In this document: piece by piece, positions 61,622 through 64,000 of the stretch
How positions within the stretch are numbered: position 1 is the first letter of the stretch
How the letters are laid out: every line of letters starts with the position of its first letter
Source: Aulosira sp. ZfuVER01
GTDB lineage: Bacteria; Cyanobacteriota; Cyanobacteriia; Cyanobacteriales; Nostocaceae
Length of the DNA stretch: 64,000 nucleotides
Assembly (NCBI GenBank): GCA_034530615.2
Contig: JAVRCV020000019.1
Location: 32,001 to 96,000 of the forward strand
Direction of reading: 5' to 3'
Translations under genes and position numbers: made by a program
Notes under the pieces: generated by a model
The model's input: the letters and a program-made list of their open reading frames with translations, nothing else
What the model was told of the DNA's origin: nothing
The model's database searches: none

Positions 61622-61653
61622 AAAAAGGGATTGAGGATATCATCCCTTTTTTT
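61622..61653. terminator. Bidirectional intrinsic terminator
   Basis: AAAAAGGGAT...ATCCCTTTTTTT between convergent genes. Confidence 0.7.
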
Positions 61654-61750
61654 ATGCATTATGCGATCGCTCTTTGCTGGATTGCAAAAGCTTATTCCTT
61701 AACTTTTCCAAAATCCAAAATAGTACTTAGATGCTCACCTTAGCCAGAAA

Positions 61751-62365
61751 TTAAGCTAATGGAATTTGAAGATTTTCTACTTTAATCAAAATTTTGAGTA
61801 ACGCTGCTATCCCAATTTGCACAGAAACAGCATTAGCATCCCATTTACCATCGCTTTTGTACTTACCTTTAGAGTAGAGATTAGTTCCTGACCATAGGTA
61901 AGGAGTCAGAACTTCTGGATGGTATTGCCTATGGCCAAAACCATTGTATCTCTCTAACTGCCAAAGCTGTGCTGCTAAGCTCCAATCTTTTACTTGATCG
62001 AATTCTTTAAGAGTTAAAGCATCTATCGCACTTTCCTCCCAAGTATATCCTGCTTCCCAGCCATTGATTGGCTTGGCAATCGGTCTGCCTGATGGGACGT
62101 TGATGGTGCGTTTTTTTAGTGAGTCGCCGTTGTGCAGATGTCTGGTGAACAACAAAGATGATTCCATGTTGTGGATAACTGCAATGAAGTACCAGGGCAC
62201 ATTTATTTTTTGTTGCAATCCTTGGTATCGAGGGCGATTTAAGCCGATTTGCGCAACTATCTCTTGAGTCTGATTCAAATTCTCGGGTTTGATTTCGCAG
62301 CTATTCCACAGTCTTTGATATTCTGGTTTGAGATCGCGAAGACGAAGTAATATTTCTGTGGCCAT
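61751..62365 (-). CDS. Lysozyme-like protein (COG5526-type)
   Basis: VPWYFIAVIHNMESS, HLHNGD, RTINVPSGRP, ERYNGFG, PYLWSGT, GKY..DG. Confidence 0.82.
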   Translation of the reverse strand: MATEILLRLRDLKPEYQRLWNSCEIKPENLNQTQEIVAQIGLNRPRYQGLQQKINVPWYFIAVIHNMESSLLFTRHLHNGDSLKKRTINVPSGRPIAKPINGWEAGYTWEESAIDALTLKEFDQVKDWSLAAQLWQLERYNGFGHRQYHPEVLTPYLWSGTNLYSKGKYKSDGKWDANAVSVQIGIAALLKILIKVENLQIPLA

Positions 62366-62831
62366 GTCTGTAGGTACTAAGTAATAGCACTGGATTTTTT
62401 GTGCCACAAAGCTAACTTATTTTCCTAAATTTAAAATTTATTGATACAAAAAATTAAATTTTTTTTTAGGGTTGAGTCGGTGGCTAATGTTACGATGTTT
62501 AAGAGCTTGGCTCAACCTGAGAAATTGTAAATTTATTTATACAAGTAATTAGTTTTTTGACAATACTAGTCTTCAGCTATTACTTAGTTTTATAGCAATA
62601 GTTGATTTACATTACGTAACTACTGAAATATTGTACTTAATAACATTCTTCTAATACACTATATAAGTGCTTTTTCTGCATTAAATATGTACTTATATAT
62701 ACTAAGATTGTATATGATAAGTCAGAATTTTGACGAGAATTTGTATCCAAGGGTATGTTCTCAAACAGAATTAATCTACACAACCATGTTTGTACCTACC
62801 TAGTAAATAGATAAATGGAGGCAACTACGGG

Positions 62832-63737
62832 ATGAAACTACAAGATTTCTTAGGAAAACAAGAAAAATGGAACTTTGAGGCGATTGGTCAAGACACAGAA
62901 TTAACTCGTCAGATTCAGGTACTTTTAATTGGCTTGGGTTTATTAGATCCTCCAGCAGATGGAAAGTTTGGCCCAGTCTCAGCAGCAGCTTTGACAACAT
63001 TTCAAGAATTAACTAAGTCTGGAGAAAGTGATTATTTAGGAGCAGTCACAGCCAAGAATTTAATTGAAACTAAACCAGAGGAACTACCAGAACCACCTTT
63101 AAAACTAAGCAATAGCATTGCCAGCAGAATTGTAAAATATTTGCAGGCAAAAAATTATCAGGTATTTACGGGAGCCAGACAATACAACATTGTTTATATA
63201 GAGGGAATGAATGAAGATTGGAGTCTCAATAGTGATACACCCAATCAATTTAATGACCGTCGAATTGTCATTGAAATAGTAGAAGGTGTTCCCAAAATTG
63301 TGAACCATTGGCAAGCTACCACAGAACCAGGCAGCTATTATACCTACAACCCGATGAATCCGGCAGGTGCTGCCAGAATTAAGTTTGGGCAATACAAATC
63401 TTGGGCAGTCGGCTACCACGGGAATGCAGACCGCCACGAAGCCTTAATCCAAGTTGCGCCGATTACTGTTCACCGAGATTTCAACAAAGATTTTCAACGC
63501 ACTGGCGATAAACTTGATACAGGCCTTTTCCAAGTTAATCAACACTGGGGTTATGATGCTCCAGTAAACGATATCAAGAATGCTAGTGCAGGTTGTTTAG
63601 TGGGGCGTAGACGAGATGGACATCGAGAATTTATGGCGATTATTAAACAAGACCGACGCTATTTAGCTAATAAAGACTACGTCTTCTACACTACAGTTAT
63701 TCCTGGGGATGACTTCTTAAAGACTGTCCCCGCTTGA
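62832..63737 (+). CDS. Peptidoglycan-binding protein with L,D-transpeptidase-like catalytic domain
   Basis: PG-binding motif IQVLL...ADGKFGP.S..AL..FQ; ATTEPG; NQHWG...ASAGC His/Cys motif. Confidence 0.75.
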   Translation: MKLQDFLGKQEKWNFEAIGQDTELTRQIQVLLIGLGLLDPPADGKFGPVSAAALTTFQELTKSGESDYLGAVTAKNLIETKPEELPEPPLKLSNSIASRIVKYLQAKNYQVFTGARQYNIVYIEGMNEDWSLNSDTPNQFNDRRIVIEIVEGVPKIVNHWQATTEPGSYYTYNPMNPAGAARIKFGQYKSWAVGYHGNADRHEALIQVAPITVHRDFNKDFQRTGDKLDTGLFQVNQHWGYDAPVNDIKNASAGCLVGRRRDGHREFMAIIKQDRRYLANKDYVFYTTVIPGDDFLKTVPA

Positions 63738-63793
63738 AGTCTGGCATCTTAAAATTTTGCTTTAATTTAACTACCTGACGATTTTATAATATG

Positions 63794-63830
63794 TGCCCAC
63801 CCTACCAAGTAAATCTGGTAAAGGTGGGCA
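63794..63830 (+). terminator. Hairpin after the peptidoglycan-binding protein gene
   Basis: TGCCCACCCTACCA...TGGTAAAGGTGGGCA. Confidence 0.55.
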
Positions 63831-63908
63831 TTGCTTATTCAATAGATCCTCTTGACAAGAGTGCGATCGCATATCGAACTTAGATCGAGTAGTATGATCT
63901 ATCGATCC

Positions 63909-64000
63909 ATGACTGCTGCTGTCTTGCTAGAAAACGTCTACAAGTTTTACGACAAACGCCCTGTCGTTAACGATCTATCATTCACAATTGAACCAGGAGA
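63909..64000 (+). CDS. ABC transporter ATP-binding protein, 5' part (truncated by window)
   Basis: MTAAVLLENVYKFYDKRPVVNDLSFTIEPG matches the pre-Walker A segment of ABC ATPases. Confidence 0.75.
   Translation, partial: MTAAVLLENVYKFYDKRPVVNDLSFTIEPG

Larger units (their letters stand above)
1..64000. repeat. Dispersed HIP1 octamer GCGATCGC
   Basis: Dozens of copies across core genes (e.g. ~2721, ~6650, ~11829, 36916, 47060); none seen in 31241-36857 or ~47100-52500. Confidence 0.9.

Overview
Chromosomal window from a filamentous, probably heterocyst-forming cyanobacterium (Nostocales-like). This is inferred from abundant HIP1 octamers (GCGATCGC), heptamer STRR tracts and photosynthesis genes (psbU, btpA, chlG, petP, crtR). 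Most of the window is housekeeping and signalling: rimO-crhR, nadB, pyk, uppP, tonB/exbBD, a PAS kinase with a REC-EAL regulator, and a CHASE2 diguanylate cyclase with a PAS-Crp regulator. The main accessory feature is an AT-rich two-gene island (31241-36857) with no HIP1 site seen. It encodes an SF2 helicase/PD-(D/E)xK nuclease and a translationally coupled 724-aa protein, matching the DdmD-DdmE (Argonaute-like) anti-plasmid defence architecture. Other notable observations: (1) two copies of a nested palindromic repeat whose inner MITE sits at the same site in opposite orientations; (2) a small secreted-peptide-like gene ending in HGSGTR with an upstream TCCGGA (DIF1-like) motif; (3) a canonically spaced NtcA promoter before a wzm/wzt-glycosyltransferase-gmd cluster; (4) a gmd N-terminal relic cut by a REP element. 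All calls come from reading motifs by eye; no database searches were run.
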